The notes: generated by a model not told the origin, from the letters alone. Counted from the first letter of the whole stretch, positions 1-12,893 are shown. The stretch: 62,531 bases of DNA, filler included, from Choristocarpus tenellus KU-1152 (GCA_964200185.2; 9 parts of 9 records of this genome joined end to end with filler, not necessarily neighbours in it), one strand, 5' to 3'. Translations and numbers: made by a program.

Positions 1-593
1 AAATAATCACTTATTCTGTAAGGCTACCTATGTGTTACTAATATCGTATATAGTTCGTACTTGCAAGAACTCGAGAAACAATCCTTACACTGTACGTCTG
101 TTACAAATGTTCGCATTTCCTAAAACATGAGAAAATGCTCGCGCTATTCGCGTGTAACAAATGCTCAAACTTCGTTGAAATACAAGAAGAAACGCTTGCG
201 CTATTCGCCTGTAACACTTCTGTAGGTACAGTGTGCACTGGGAAACCACCACCACTTTTCACCGTTTCACACACATTTTCGAAAAGCTAACCCTGGCCTG
301 TGTGTGAAAAATGTTCCTAACCTTTGTTTGAAGAAGTAACAAAAGTATGATAGTGGTGGTTCCCAAAGACAGGGGGTTTTTCATAATGCCTTTTGATACA
401 TACTTGAATGGATGGGTGGATGGATGGTGTGCACTCCACCAGTTCGCGTTTTTTTCACAGCTATTTCTGGGTCAAGGTATCCATGCTTGACGTAAGTCAA
501 ACAAAGCCTGAGTACGACACAACTTACATCCACAAAGCAAGGGAAGGGCAACAGGCTGCTGTTGATGTTAATCCTGAGTGCCGAACTCCTCAA

Positions 594-783
594 GGCTCGA
601 ACTATCTGGGGAGGGGGTGGTAACCCGTCTATTCGGGGCCCATTTTTCCATGTTGCGATTTTTGTGTGATTTGGTTGCATGCGTTGGATGGATGGATAAT
701 GTAAGTTCACTTCTCCTGATCAGGGTCGAAATGGACACCCTGGTGTAGACCCTCCCCCCCGCCGCCCACAGATACTTCGTGCC
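594..783 (+). mobile_element. MITE family A copy (diverged)
   Basis: GGCTCGAACTATCTGGGGAGGGG ... CCCACAGATACTTCGTGCC terminal inverted repeats; internal sequence matches copies at 1037 and 14371. Confidence 0.85.
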
Positions 784-1036
784 TTCGAAGAGTGAGTCTC
801 TATAATAGACGGACTTTTTGTTTGAAGTAAAGTTGTGTTTATTGAAACAAATTTGTTATTATTTTGTTTTAAACTATTTAACTTTTTTGTAAAAATTGAA
901 TTATAATTATTATATTTGGAAATAGGGCAAATTATATTTATCATTTGGAATATTCAGAACTTTAATCTTATTATGTGTTTCTTCAAAAAAAAAAAAATAT
1001 AAATTGAGTTAATTTCAATTAAAAAAATCTGCATTG

Positions 1037-1206
1037 GGCTCAAAGTATCTGGGGGGGTGGCGGCTGTCCGTTTGCGGCCAATTTTTTCATGTGGCGATAT
1101 TTGGGTGATTTGGTTCCATACGTTAGATAATGTAAATGCACTTTTCCTGGTTTTGGTCCAAATGGACACTCTGGTGTAGAACCCCCCCCCCTAGATACTT
1201 TGGGTC
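1037..1206 (+). mobile_element. MITE family A copy
   Basis: TIR GGCTCAAAGTATCTGGGGGGG / CCCCCTAGATACTTTGGGTC; flanks ATTG / ATTA. Confidence 0.9.
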
Positions 1207-1754
1207 ATTAGGTCCTCTACCACAATTCAATATACGTGGCATATCTTCACCTGATCTGCACAGGTCAATGTATTAAGCCCTAGTACTCCTTTCATTGGAA
1301 TGTTGAGGTTTTGTTAGGTCAGTGATAGATGATGAGTATGTTGTTGGTACGACACAGGCTGTTGTACTACTGAGATAATAAGCAGCAAAAACACAAGGTA
1401 AGCTTTTTTTCGTACAAGGATGGAGTGAATAATATGAACATCGGGGTTGCAACTCAACTGGTGAATCAGGAAAAGGTTTTCGAAAAAGGTACCCCTGTGT
1501 GTGCAATGTGGAGGTTGTTCATGTTTATAGATACCTTTGTGGGAACATTTTCCCATTTTCTCCAGGGATACACAATAATGAACAATTTGCGTTATTAATA
1601 ATATGATGGCTCCCCCTGTTGGTTCAGCGTAAAACTTCTCCTTCCATTTGAAGTCTTTTTCGTCTCTAGTCTCTCCTTACATGTTTCAAATATTCGTAAG
1701 GTTGACGAGGCTCAGACAGTGATGGTATATCCACTCGTCAAACACAGTCCCCAT

Positions 1755-1848
1755 AACAGCCGATTTCATTTTTTTTTTTAAACATAACGACACTTTATCC
1801 CAGTCAATTTTGAGTCAAGTCCATCCTCAATTTTTGAAATCGGCTGTT
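1755..1848. repeat. Short element bounded by a perfect 14-bp inverted repeat (possible mini-MITE)
   Basis: AACAGCCGATTTCA (1755-1768) and TGAAATCGGCTGTT (1835-1848). Confidence 0.45.
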
Positions 1849-3511
1849 CCGTACATAAACCTGTTACGATTTAATTTTTGTTGCGAGGTAAAATATATAT
1901 ATATATTGAGGTGATTATATGACCCTCTGTCTGGAGATATTTTTTCGCCATACAAGGGTACTTGCCTACTTCCTCCCATCCTTTTTTACACGTTTGCGGA
2001 TGATTAGGACAAGAAAGGGAGAGCCGCTCACGCCGTCTACAAGTCCATGGTCTGAAATGATTTGGATATTCTATCCACCCTGTGTTGGAGAACACTTTAT
2101 TTTGAGGTGTTCACAGTTCACCGCCAGGACTATCACCGACTTTTCTGTCTACAGAGATCAGTTTATACAGTTTGGTGTCGGCGCTGAAGTTTCAATGTAG
2201 GATTCCTCTTCCGCTTCCCTCTTCTAGTCTAGTTTGCCCTTCACTACCTCTCCGCGTACGTTTTCTTCTTATCGGATCCTTTCATTTGATCAGTTACATG
2301 AACCCAATCTGTTTTAGTGGGAAGAATCATGCCCACAATTTATGTTGGGCCTCTTTATCCAGTCCTTTTCTTACAATGTTCCACCTCACTCCTCGTTCAA
2401 GATGATCACAAATATTGTGGATAATTTTATAATTTTTTCCTTCTTTTCATTTCCGTCAATCGCGTCCACAATTCACCTCTATTTTGTTCCCTCACTAAGA
2501 CACGTTTAGTAGGAATAATTATAACGTTTTACATTATGAAGTCTATGAAATTAGAGGGGTCGAAATGAGGAGGTGACTTTTGGATTGGTCCATTTAACTT
2601 TCTAATTGAACGGAACCAATTGTTAAAGGTAGGGAACACTTTGTTAACTGGTGTTGAGTGTTTTTAAGTTACAGGTGTTTGAATTAGTCGATCCTCCTCT
2701 GAATGAACCTTCAACTGCAACGTTTCACAACTGGTTCGCCGATGTCTTTATCGGATCCACATTGCTGGACAACCCAACCACGGCATTTCTGGGATCGGTG
2801 GATGGGTCACCTGCGTTATCCTTAGAGTCTATGGTTAAAGACCCGTTTACAACTACCTCGTTCATCACACACTGCACCATCTACAGAGGTGACAATATTG
2901 AAACCACCTTCTGGTTCAGGAGATGCGATTGGGTTCGTCATTCAGCAGTCTGAGATGTCTGTTGTTGGGGTCTTGAGTCTGGTGGTACTGTCAGAAAATT
3001 CCGTCATGGGGTGGTTTAAACCCTGTTTGTGGATGTCGTTGGCAGTGGTGGTATGTTTGGTATGGTGTCAAACACTGTTGCACATGTCAAATGACAACAA
3101 ATAAAACGAATTGAAGGTACTTTGTTTGGAAGGGAGGTCTTGAGGAAGATAGAGTAGGCGTGAATGACCTGAACCAGGGAAGGATATGCCCGTCGTTCTG
3201 ATTTACCACATCAAATTCCGTGTTCAAGGGCTCCACTAAAGTATCAGACCTGTCCTTCGTATTGCGTGCAATGTCTTGCATTGTCTCTCTCACCAACCGA
3301 AAGACAAGTTACATAGTCTTTTCTGTAAAAAAATCGACCCGCACGAAAGACTTAACATTGTCAACCCGCACAACCTTGAAACCTCTTCCAGTGAGTGCTT
3401 TCGCGTCAAATCAGAACTCTCTTCCGAACCTGTCCGAAAATATCGAAGACTGTGGCAAGCTCTTAGGTGATGTAACAATAATGACACGTACAACACATGA
3501 AGCACGAATCT

Positions 3512-3531
3512 GGGTCAAGTATCTGGGGGGG
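3512..3531 (+). mobile_element. MITE family A terminus truncated by assembly gap
   Basis: GGGTCAAGTATCTGGGGGGG running into Ns. Confidence 0.7.
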
Positions 3532-3575
3532 NNNNNNNNNNNNNNNNNNNNNNNNNNNNNNNNNNNNNNNNNNNN

Positions 3576-3587
3576 TTAATTAATTAA
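3576..3587. other. Artificial scaffold linker TTAATTAATTAA inside N-gap (also 12792, 22552, 25928, 33261, 37458, 40768, 57100)
   Basis: Identical 12-mer with stops in all six frames, centred in eight N runs. Confidence 0.97.
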
Positions 3588-4212
3588 NNNNNNNNNNNNN
3601 NNNNNNNNNNNNNNNNNNNNNNNNNNNNNNNCAGTGCCCCCCCCCCCACCCACTGCACCAGTAGGAGGAGAGCTAGCACTATCTGGAGCATCCCCAAAGT
3701 GTTGAAGCGCGCTCTTACCCGTCTCTTCCTCTTGTTTGGCCTGCATCCTCAAAATGCTCTCAGTAGTGAATGAGGTGTGGTCCCAGTCACACCTTGGATC
3801 AGTACACCCTGGAGAGGACGCACAACCGGGATGGAGTGTGAGGTAGGCGTGATCCAGAACAGGGTGTAAAAATGCTACATCCTTTGATACTCTGATTATG
3901 AATTGGGGGCAAGGGCGCCACTGTTATCTGGCATATTCAAAATCTGAAAAATGAAAGGTCTACAAAGACACCTACAATACTGTGTGACAAGGACATGCCC
4001 AGGCATCATCAGTAGCACAAGAGATGGTCAGAGAAGGAGGAGAGGCATGAAAATAGGGTCTACGCTCCAGATACAACTGCACACATACAGTAGTCAAGAA
4101 AGGGAAAATATCAGAAGAGCGGTGCGCACTCAAAAAAGTGAGAAAAAAAAAAAAACATACCAAACAAAACACATCTTCCGAGATACTTTCGACAGACTCA
4201 TGAAGAAAACTT

Positions 4213-5823
4213 TCAAACATGTATAAGATGTTCTACAAATTTTCTAGCTATAGGGCTGGGTGCCCTTGGTGAATGAGCTGTCAAATTTTCTACAAAAGTC
4301 AATGAGCTCCCAATGGATGCACACAGGTCACAGCAACACTCACCTTCTGCAACAAGAGAGAGCAAGATCTTGGAAAACTTTCGTGACTTGGTTATAGCCT
4401 CGTCCCCTATATCCCTCTTAATGATGCCCACCACCCGAGCGTCAATCTTTCCATCAAAAAAATTTGAGTGTCGCCCTGTATGCTCATCCACTCGTTTTGC
4501 CCTGGCCAAGTTATACATGTTGCTGGCCCCTCGCAGTGCCACAAACTTAAAGATGTTCGTCAGTGTCAAAGTGCGACCTTGCCGTGGCAGGTTGAATGAG
4601 GCATGGTCCTCACCTGATGCATTCCCCACCACCGCTGCCTCTATCATACCCAGCTGTTTTAGGTGACTGTCTGTGTAGTTCCTTCCCCCCACCGAAGCAC
4701 GAGTCATATATCGGCTGCTTTGGAGGGGGAGGCGGACCCTCCCTCCCTCTCTGGGGGGCGCAGCAACACCTACCAAGCCCATTGCAGTACCCTGGGCTGG
4801 TGTGGAGGAGCCCATGGGTGTGGCCAATACTGCTGGACCTCTAGCCCCTCGCGGTGTTGCTCTTGTTCTCACTCCTACCGTTTGACCTTGCATCTCACAG
4901 TGGCCCTCTATGCGACCCTCTGTCTCCTCTTCCCAGCATGAAGCTTCTTGCCGTCCCTGTCTCAATCCCTTTCCCACAAAGTGCCCCAAGCCCTGTTGAA
5001 GACTATGAAATCGAGAGGGGTTTGTGAGCCTGCTGCTAGTGATGTGTTCACCATCACTGCTATCCTCTTCTGCATTGGCCCGGAGTCTGGCTACAGCATC
5101 AGAGCATTCCCCTGCCCGACCCAACTGGGGGAATCGACGGCTTCTGACTCGTGTTGGGTATCTAGAAGGCGATGACCCTCTACTAATAGTGTTGGTTGAC
5201 ACATTTCCAACCACCTGCGAATGAATGGGAGTCTCAAATGCTCCAGGTCCTGCCCGGGATGACGCCAAGGAAGCAACAGCCTCATCAGCGCCTCCTCCAC
5301 CACGCCGGGCAGGTGTTGGTCGGACAAGGGTCTTGCAGGGTGCAGAAGGCTCTCCAGGGCGAAAAACATATTTTGGGGTGACGCGGTGACTGCTGCGTCG
5401 GGTAACACTTGCATCGCCATGTGGGGTAGCAGCATCCATAGAGGTACCAGGTGCATTGGCTCTCAGAGCCTTGTTTTTTCCCTTGACCTTCCCACTACTG
5501 TTCAACAAAGTCTGATGCTGACCAGGGAGGGTATTGACTTCAGAAGTTGAGGAAAGCACCAAAGCACTACTATCCAGATCGGCTGTGTCAGATGTAGTGC
5601 CATTTTGGCATTGGTGTCGCCGAGTGGCGAGGAGATCCTGAAGCTCTACGCTGAACGCCTCAACCGTGCGCCAGTCTTGGACGGTCAGAGCGAATGGGCC
5701 TGTGGGCTCTAGCACCTCGCCCCAAGTGTGCATAGTGGATGGGCATTTGGGTATATCCACCCGGCTAATCATATGTTCGAAAAGGGCTCGCATCTTTGGA
5801 GGAATCTGTTTAACAATCAGCAT
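4213..5823 (-). CDS. Orphan 536-codon ORF (large exon of an unknown gene or TE-borne ORF); Ser/Arg/Gly-rich middle, C-terminal CCCDLC cysteine cluster
   Basis: 1.6 kb without a stop; possible acceptor aaacag|ATTCCT near its 5' end; no recognisable domain. Confidence 0.5.
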   Translation of the reverse strand: MLIVKQIPPKMRALFEHMISRVDIPKCPSTMHTWGEVLEPTGPFALTVQDWRTVEAFSVELQDLLATRRHQCQNGTTSDTADLDSSALVLSSTSEVNTLPGQHQTLLNSSGKVKGKNKALRANAPGTSMDAATPHGDASVTRRSSHRVTPKYVFRPGEPSAPCKTLVRPTPARRGGGGADEAVASLASSRAGPGAFETPIHSQVVGNVSTNTISRGSSPSRYPTRVRSRRFPQLGRAGECSDAVARLRANAEEDSSDGEHITSSRLTNPSRFHSLQQGLGHFVGKGLRQGRQEASCWEEETEGRIEGHCEMQGQTVGVRTRATPRGARGPAVLATPMGSSTPAQGTAMGLVGVAAPPREGGRVRLPLQSSRYMTRASVGGRNYTDSHLKQLGMIEAAVVGNASGEDHASFNLPRQGRTLTLTNIFKFVALRGASNMYNLARAKRVDEHTGRHSNFFDGKIDARVVGIIKRDIGDEAITKSRKFSKILLSLVAEGECCCDLCASIGSSLTFVENLTAHSPRAPSPIARKFVEHLIHV

Positions 5824-7030
5824 CCAGCGGTTGGGGGACAGGCAGCAAGTAAGGTTAGAGAGGCCTCAAAATTCGTGAACAAACTGGACAAAATGTGTTT
5901 CCCACAACACAACGCGTGGGCATAGGAACTGGCGCATGGAGAAGATAAACACGCGGCCCAACATTCAGGGCCGGTCAGTGCTCTCAAAAGCTTGCCTGGG
6001 TATTGGTGTGAGGGTGTGTAACCCTGTCCTTAGGGTACATGGCTCACAGGTCCGCCGGAGTCCAGGAGGGGATTTGCTGGAGAACCGGCGGGTATTGGTC
6101 ACGCTTGCATATGCACCAGGCTACAGAAGATATTTCTTCCTTTGGAAGCAGCGAACTTGTAGTTGAGCGGGGTTGAGAACCCTAGCACCTACTCGCAAAT
6201 ATTGGGCAATTGTCAGAGGTCAAAATCGATATCCCCGCAACTGAAAGCCACTCACTCACTCGCGTAGAGCCCAACATACATGTGAATTGGCAATATCAGG
6301 TTATAAAATAAGTAACATGCGTGCGAAGAGAAGTGCGTTGGATCATGCTTTGTTTGGGGAAGAAAACATGGACCAGAGCCATCAAGCCATATGCATACGA
6401 TCCAGGGGATAAGTTAATGGACTGATATGCACAACTCGAGGACTTACTGCCAGGTGTCGAATGTAAAACAACTGAATAATCGTCGGTGCTATCTCCCACT
6501 TGAACAAATCATACCAAAATCTCGTCGTAGGTCTCTATTTTCCACCCTTGAGACTGATTTCGGCTGTCTTGGTGTCAACACAGGTTCCATAGGGTGAAGA
6601 ATCTGTTTGTCAGAATGCACCTGCTAAAGACTCTACAACTCGCTCTACACAATCAAAATAGACTTACAGAGACTTAGGGCAGCCCCGAGAGATTCGGCGT
6701 GCCACTAGTGAGGCCGCGACAGAGGTGTCTAAGCAGTGAGTTTCTCTGTAAAAGGGGTGCCGAGTTGGCAACGACTACACTAATTGAATCGGGAGGCCAA
6801 TTTTCCTTCCGATTTCAGATGTGTCCATCAAAAATGATCGTCCTTCCTAATTTGTAACACAACCCCACCTGAACTCTTCATAGGGATCAACTTTACACAC
6901 GAAAGGTGAGACTTTCAAGCCTTTTTCCTTAGAAAAGATTATATATTACACATTGCTTCTAAATACTCTCATTGTTTTGTTTTGTTTTTGGTGTTGACCT
7001 GACGAATTGGGTGGTTGTCCCATGTAACAG

Positions 7031-9748
7031 ATGTTGAAGGTCACAGCTCTGGTTTGTCTGTTATGGACTGCGCAGGCGTTCGTAGTTCCTCACCGACTTT
7101 TTAAATGCGCTTCATGCACCTCCAATGTGCTCATGACCCACGGGAGTCACGCTGAGGTAAGCAATCCTAATGCCATCATTGCAATACAATATCATAGTTC
7201 ATGAGCAAAAATATACCCCAAAAAGTCGTCAAGCTCATGTTGTCACAAGTCCCCCAATAGAGACCTGTGCCTGCTACAACACAAGGTTGATGTGCTCCTT
7301 CCCTCCCATTTCAATGTCGGTGAAGTCATTCGTTGATCGAGGCGTGTTCATTCAAAGAGTGGCCGCAGGTCTGGGAGCAGCAGTTATCACCCTGCCGAAT
7401 AACGTCTTCGCAGCAGATATCGGCTCCACGCAAAGCCCAATTGCTGTCGTCGGCGCTAGAGGTTAGAGGATTCGAGTCTTGTACATCTTGTCTAGATTTC
7501 TGTCTATGATACCTGGTTCGGAGATCGCTTCGTCTTTCGTTGTCATGAGGTGGACACATTTGGTGTCCGTCACCTTTCGGTGCCCTTCCCCATTCTTGCA
7601 CCTTCCAAAGGAAAAACTGGGCAACTCGTCGTGCAAGGACTCCTTCGCCGTGGCAAGGCCGTTCGAGCAGTCACTCGGGATGGACTGCTGAAGATCTCAG
7701 GCACTGACGGTCTCCCTGGCACACTAGAGACTGAGACAGGAGACGTAACAAAGATGGACACACTAAGGACAGCTTTTGAAGGTTGTGGAGCTGTGATTTT
7801 CTGCGCGAGTGCCAGCAAGGTGTGGTGACAACATTGCGGTACGAACTACAGTTTGCACGTGTGCCTGCAGATTATACTTCTCCTTGATGTCTAACCTTTT
7901 GGTAAACTAACTGTTCGACTATTTGCCTGTAGGGTCGACTTGTTTTTGTACACACACCTCGAGCCTCCCATGATTTTGCTCTATCTGGCTTGACTGTTTC
8001 CCTTTGCTCTCTTTGCATCTCAACAGAAGGGTGGAACGGCAGAAAAGGTTGACTTCGAAGGGGTAGTGAACACAGCTAAGGCCTGTGTGGGGCTTAAGGT
8101 ACCTCGACTTATTGTTATTTCCAGGCAAGTCTCCTTCGTCAACGATTAGACTATGCATTATGACGTAGAGTATCTTGTCTGGTGTGGGGGCAACCTAGCA
8201 AGCGCTTGGTCGTTTGGTAGATACAGCAACCAATGCTTGCCCATGCATCATGGGGTAGTTGCAAGCAAGTGCATCAGTTTCAAGAATTCTCAGCAATACA
8301 AACCTCCGACTTCCAGCTAAAGCAGCAGGGCACCTGTTTCCTAGTGATCCCTCAATTGGACCTCTAACTGCTGCCTCTGGATGATGCCCTTGTTTGTTTC
8401 TCAGCGGAGCTGTCACCAAGCCAGACAGCATTGGGTATAAGGTGACCAACATTTTTGGAAGTGAGTGATTGATCTCCTTACACAATGTTTGCATCAGTCA
8501 ACTCAATGGCCGTGTAATGCTCATTTTCCATTGCAGGCCTCCCACATGTGGTACTCCCATTTCTCTTCCTCTGCCTAAGTCTCACTCACCATTCCAGCAT
8601 ACCCTCGACCCTTGGCCCTGGTATTTTTTCCTGTCCATGGTGGCTCAGATATCATGACATACAAGAGAGAGGGAGAGGTGGCATTGGAACAGGTTTATGC
8701 AGGAGCGCCTAAGGGTATTGCCTTCACCATCATTCGACCTGGTGGCCTAACTGATGGTCCAGCCAAGGGGGTGAAAGGCAAGCTCAGCAGTCATATCTCA
8801 GTTGTATAAATATCTCAAGATTCTCAACGAACTTGACATTAAAGCGGCTGGGAGGATACAACCTACTGGCACGTACAAAATATAAAACAAAAGTGCCACA
8901 TTCATGTTAATTCATGGTTCCTGGCCGATTGAGTAAATTCATTGCCACTGTGTGTTTTTACTTGGCTTGCCAAGGTTGTCTGTTCTGCTGGTCAGGTCCT
9001 CATTTGCTGTGTTGGGAGTGTTTTAACCTCTACCACCAGACACCAATCATAGCTTCCCCTCACCTAAGGATTGTCTTATTCTCAAAGACATTTTCAACCC
9101 CTGTCTGCAGAGATGGAGCTGAACCAGGGAGACACAATTGGTGGAACCATTTCTCGGGCAGACTTGGCTGAGGTGGCTGTCGAGGCAGCGCTTAGTGAGG
9201 CTGCTGAAGACACTGCTTTTGAGGTCTTTGGTGAGCAAATGGTCATGCCCAAAGAGCTGAAGGGAGAAGGTTTGAAAAGGTTGATTTTCACAAGCACGTG
9301 CCACCTTCATGTGGACGTTACACGGGGCTAGTGACAAATTTGTGCGGCTCTTCTGAGCAGAATCAGATTTGCAACTATGTCAGAAGTTGAGTTGGTGTTT
9401 TTTGCTCCTGCAGTGTGCAGTGCGTTAGCGATGTGTGTTCCTATGATATGGCAGAGATAGTTAGGAACTGAACCTGTCATATATTTGTTGGACATGCTTC
9501 TGAGGTGGGAGCCAATAGTCACCACCACAGCAAGTCCTTATTGGTGACGCACTTCCAAGGATGCTAACTGCCTTTCTACTGCAACTGCTGTCTGCCTGAC
9601 CCTCTCTCCTGGTTCGCTTCATTATCCCTCAGATGGATCCACAAGGGGACCTTTACAGAAGAACTTCCCGGTGGTGAGCGGCTATGAGCACAAGGCTGAC
9701 AACTACCCTGGACTCTTCGATGGCCTGAAGACAGATATAGGCTTGTGA
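7031..9748 (+). CDS. Plastid-targeted NAD(P)-binding Rossmann-fold protein (atypical SDR / NmrA / Tic62-NAD(P)-related family), 329 aa, 8 exons
   Basis: Exons 7031-7156, 7326-7461, 7611-7819, 8027-8124, 8405-8460, 8649-8777, 9111-9230, 9633-9748 splice in frame (990 nt). Motifs VVGARGKTG, VRAVTR, VDFEGVVN, VISSGAVTKPDS, IIRPGGLTDGP, ELNQGDTIGGTISRADLAE; N-terminus MLKVTALVCLLWTAQA-FVVP. Confidence 0.9.
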
Positions 9749-10307
9749 GCACCAAAAGTGAAGCGAGGAAAAGGAGCAGATCGTGTTTTGCGTTCATCCC
9801 TTTCCAGACACAAGCGTAGTGTGTAAATCTATCCACCTGGGTAGCTTTAGTTTTGTGTGTGACTATTTCAATAGAGTAAAGGTGTGCTAATTCAGCCCGC
9901 AGTCCGTTCCTTTTTCGTTTGTGGGCGAGGAATGTACTCTTTTTTGGCACACCCTTGTCCTTTCTCGCTGGAAGCTCCTTCGGTGTGTGCTTGACGTGTG
10001 TGTGTCTAAGGGATATTACAGACTTGAAACTTCGAGCTGTGCGTGAGGACAGGAGGCCCCCACCCACGTGAGATGGACAGACAGAGATGACCCTTGCGCT
10101 TGAAGAAAGATGCCAAAATTGCCTCTTGCCTCTGTTACCACACAAAAAAAAAAAAAAAAAAAAAAACCAGACAGGGAAGGGGAGAAAAAAAAAAAAAACG
10201 TGAGCTGGAGAGCGCGAGGGGGAGAAGGGGAAGGGNNNNNNNNNNAGAAGGAAAAACAGAGATAACCCTTGCGTTTGAAAAAAGATGCAAAAATTGCCTC
10301 TTGCCTC

Positions 10308-10338
<31 letters not shown>

Positions 10339-12893
10339 GACTAGACAGGGATGGGGAGAACAAGAAACAGAACTTGACCTGTTGAACTCAAGCCGTACAA
10401 CTGACACGGTACAGAATTGGCTCATTAGACAGGGACTGCATGGCCACATGGTTTTGGGGGGGGGTCTGTGTTGAGGATGTCCCCCCTCTTGCTGTGTTCA
10501 GCAGAACATGCAGGCACGATGATATGTGCACGAGTCGAGAAGGATTCTGTGCTGGTGTCACTGCTGGCGGGAGGAGAGGGTGCTTGTATGCACAATGTGT
10601 TGAATACTTCTGTAGTACTCTAGGCGACTGGAGAGATGTGATCTGATACGCAATATTGCTGGTGCAAGACGAGAAAGGGAATTGAAAAGGAAGAAGTAAA
10701 CACTTACTCACACTCATGGCTGTGGTCCTTTTTCCGACTCTTTTGCCTGTACGAATTTCCTCAAAATGAGCAAGAACGCCCACGGACCGAGGTCGTGTGT
10801 GGGTGGAGTGATGGAGTTCTCTTATTTTGAAGTCAGAACTAGCTAAACCAACATCTCGGTCACTTGCTCTTCTGTGAGTAGTTTGGGGGGGCCCTACTCA
10901 CTGGAAGTTTCACACCCCCACAACTAAGGTGTAGGGAAGTAAATACACAGAAGGTATAGAGTCAGGAGAAGGTAGGGATGGTTGTGAAAGGAACTGATGA
11001 TATTTTAAAGAACTGAATATATTTACCACCAGTGGTACAGTGGTGTATTTATGATAAATGGTAGTATGCCTTGAAACGTCACACCAGGCTATCGATCCTA
11101 CAATATCTGGTTGGAGGGAATGTACGATTTATCCTCAAATTTTACACAACCACGGATTTTTGACTCCACTTTCTTCCTTGCCAGGGCATTTCAATCATAG
11201 CCACCTAATGTGCTTCTTACTAGCACGGCAAGGGACGGCTCCATTGCATTGGAAGGAAAGTTTTTGATTCTATTTTTCGGGGTGAAGGTTGGGTGTATGA
11301 ATACTACGTTTAACTATGGAGGGACACCAAACCACCTCTTTCACCAACTGTGTTGTCTTCTATGTAAGAGCTCTACAATAAAAAGATGTTGGAACTCTTT
11401 TCATCCAGCAACTTGTTCAGACTCATAAAAATTTCCAGGGTTCAATTTCCATTCAAAGGTTTTTTGCTACTTTCCTTTTAAGAAAAAGCTTGAGCCACTT
11501 TTCAGGACGGTAATAAGAATAGAAGTAATAGCAGAAAAACTTGCTGTGTATGGACACCTGAGCATAGGCAACTGACCTTCCTAATCCCTGAAAACGGTAC
11601 AAGAATTCCAAATGGGGTCATGGAACGTTCTAGGAATATTCCATCCCCAGAGTTTCTACAGGCGTGTATCCAATTTTTTGTTTCCTGTTATATCACGATG
11701 TTGTTCACAGAGAATACTTACGCATTTTAAAAAATCGTCACATAATACAGTCTGCACAGCAATCTCCAATCTCTACCTAAAATATCACTCAGAACTATAC
11801 TAATCAAGTCCCTTAACTACTTCAAATGAGGTGACAAGAGGATCTCTTGGATTCAGACTTGACTGCATGTTGCTTTTACTAAGACCTTAAGACACCCACA
11901 CAGAGGAAGTCGCTCTGTGTACAGTGATGCTGTATGGATGACTATGGCCATGTCAAATCTCAATGGAGGGACTGCATATTAAATGTTACTACTATTACTG
12001 GTCTGCACTAAGTACTCTATTCATCTGCCTTGTAATACTGACACATCCTTGACAAAGCACCAGGTCACCAGCAGGCAGAGTGCGGTCTCCTTTGTGTTTA
12101 CCTCTATTAAAGTTACCTCTAAATAGTGTTCGAAATACCACTCTTTGGGTTTTGACTGTTGGCTACCGGAAAACTAGGTAATATATTGGTAGAGTTTACC
12201 ACAGCAAAACTGACAATAATATACTAGTACCAGACAACAGCATAATGGTCGCCATTGATGGGTTAAGGTAGACAAGAACAGAGCAACACCATCAACGGTT
12301 CCTGTCATGCAAAGGACTACTTCATATATATATATATGTTACTTGCATTTGGAGCGTCAATTCCATTGGGAGTCTTGTCATCTCCTCTGTACGGTCTAAC
12401 CTCAGATCTGCACTATCACTGACCACACTAATATAATAACATATTCATATCCACTGCTACTACTACTGTCACTACTACATGAAAAAAAAAATCGAAATGG
12501 CACAAAATCATCAGAATCAGAAGAAAAAAAAATTGCGCTTGAACCAAGATCTACAAATTTCTACGGTAGCAGTAGGCAACAACTGAGTACGGACTCAATT
12601 AACAAAAATATATACTTATCGAAAAATGCGAGTCTTGCATTCCGTACTAAAATTCAATCATTACCACAGTCTCACAAGGGACCCCTACGAAAGCAACCCC
12701 TCAAACATGCCCCCCCCCCTACCTATCAGGCCTTTGTGTGTACAAAGNNNNNNNNNNNNNNNNNNNNNNNNNNNNNNNNNNNNNNNNNNNNTTAATTAAT
12801 TAANNNNNNNNNNNNNNNNNNNNNNNNNNNNNNNNNNNNNNNNNNNNACTCTAAAAATGTTCATACGGAGAGAAAAATAAGGGAGTGAATGTG

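Noticed and set aside
4213-5823. Fanzor/TnpB or KDZ transposase identity for the orphan ORF
   Set aside because: No RuvC or DDE motifs visible; the nearby WACPCH motif lies in a predicted intron.
5824-6930. Upstream in-frame extension of the 536-aa ORF by stop readthrough, selenocysteine or an alternative code
   Set aside because: About 13 stops of all three types in ~370 codons is close to random expectation; GS ends in TAG and the Rossmann gene in TGA, so the standard code applies.
10079-10360. Direct repeat with poly-A tracts downstream of the Rossmann gene
   Set aside because: The copies flank a short N gap in homopolymer-rich sequence; probably duplicated contig ends.
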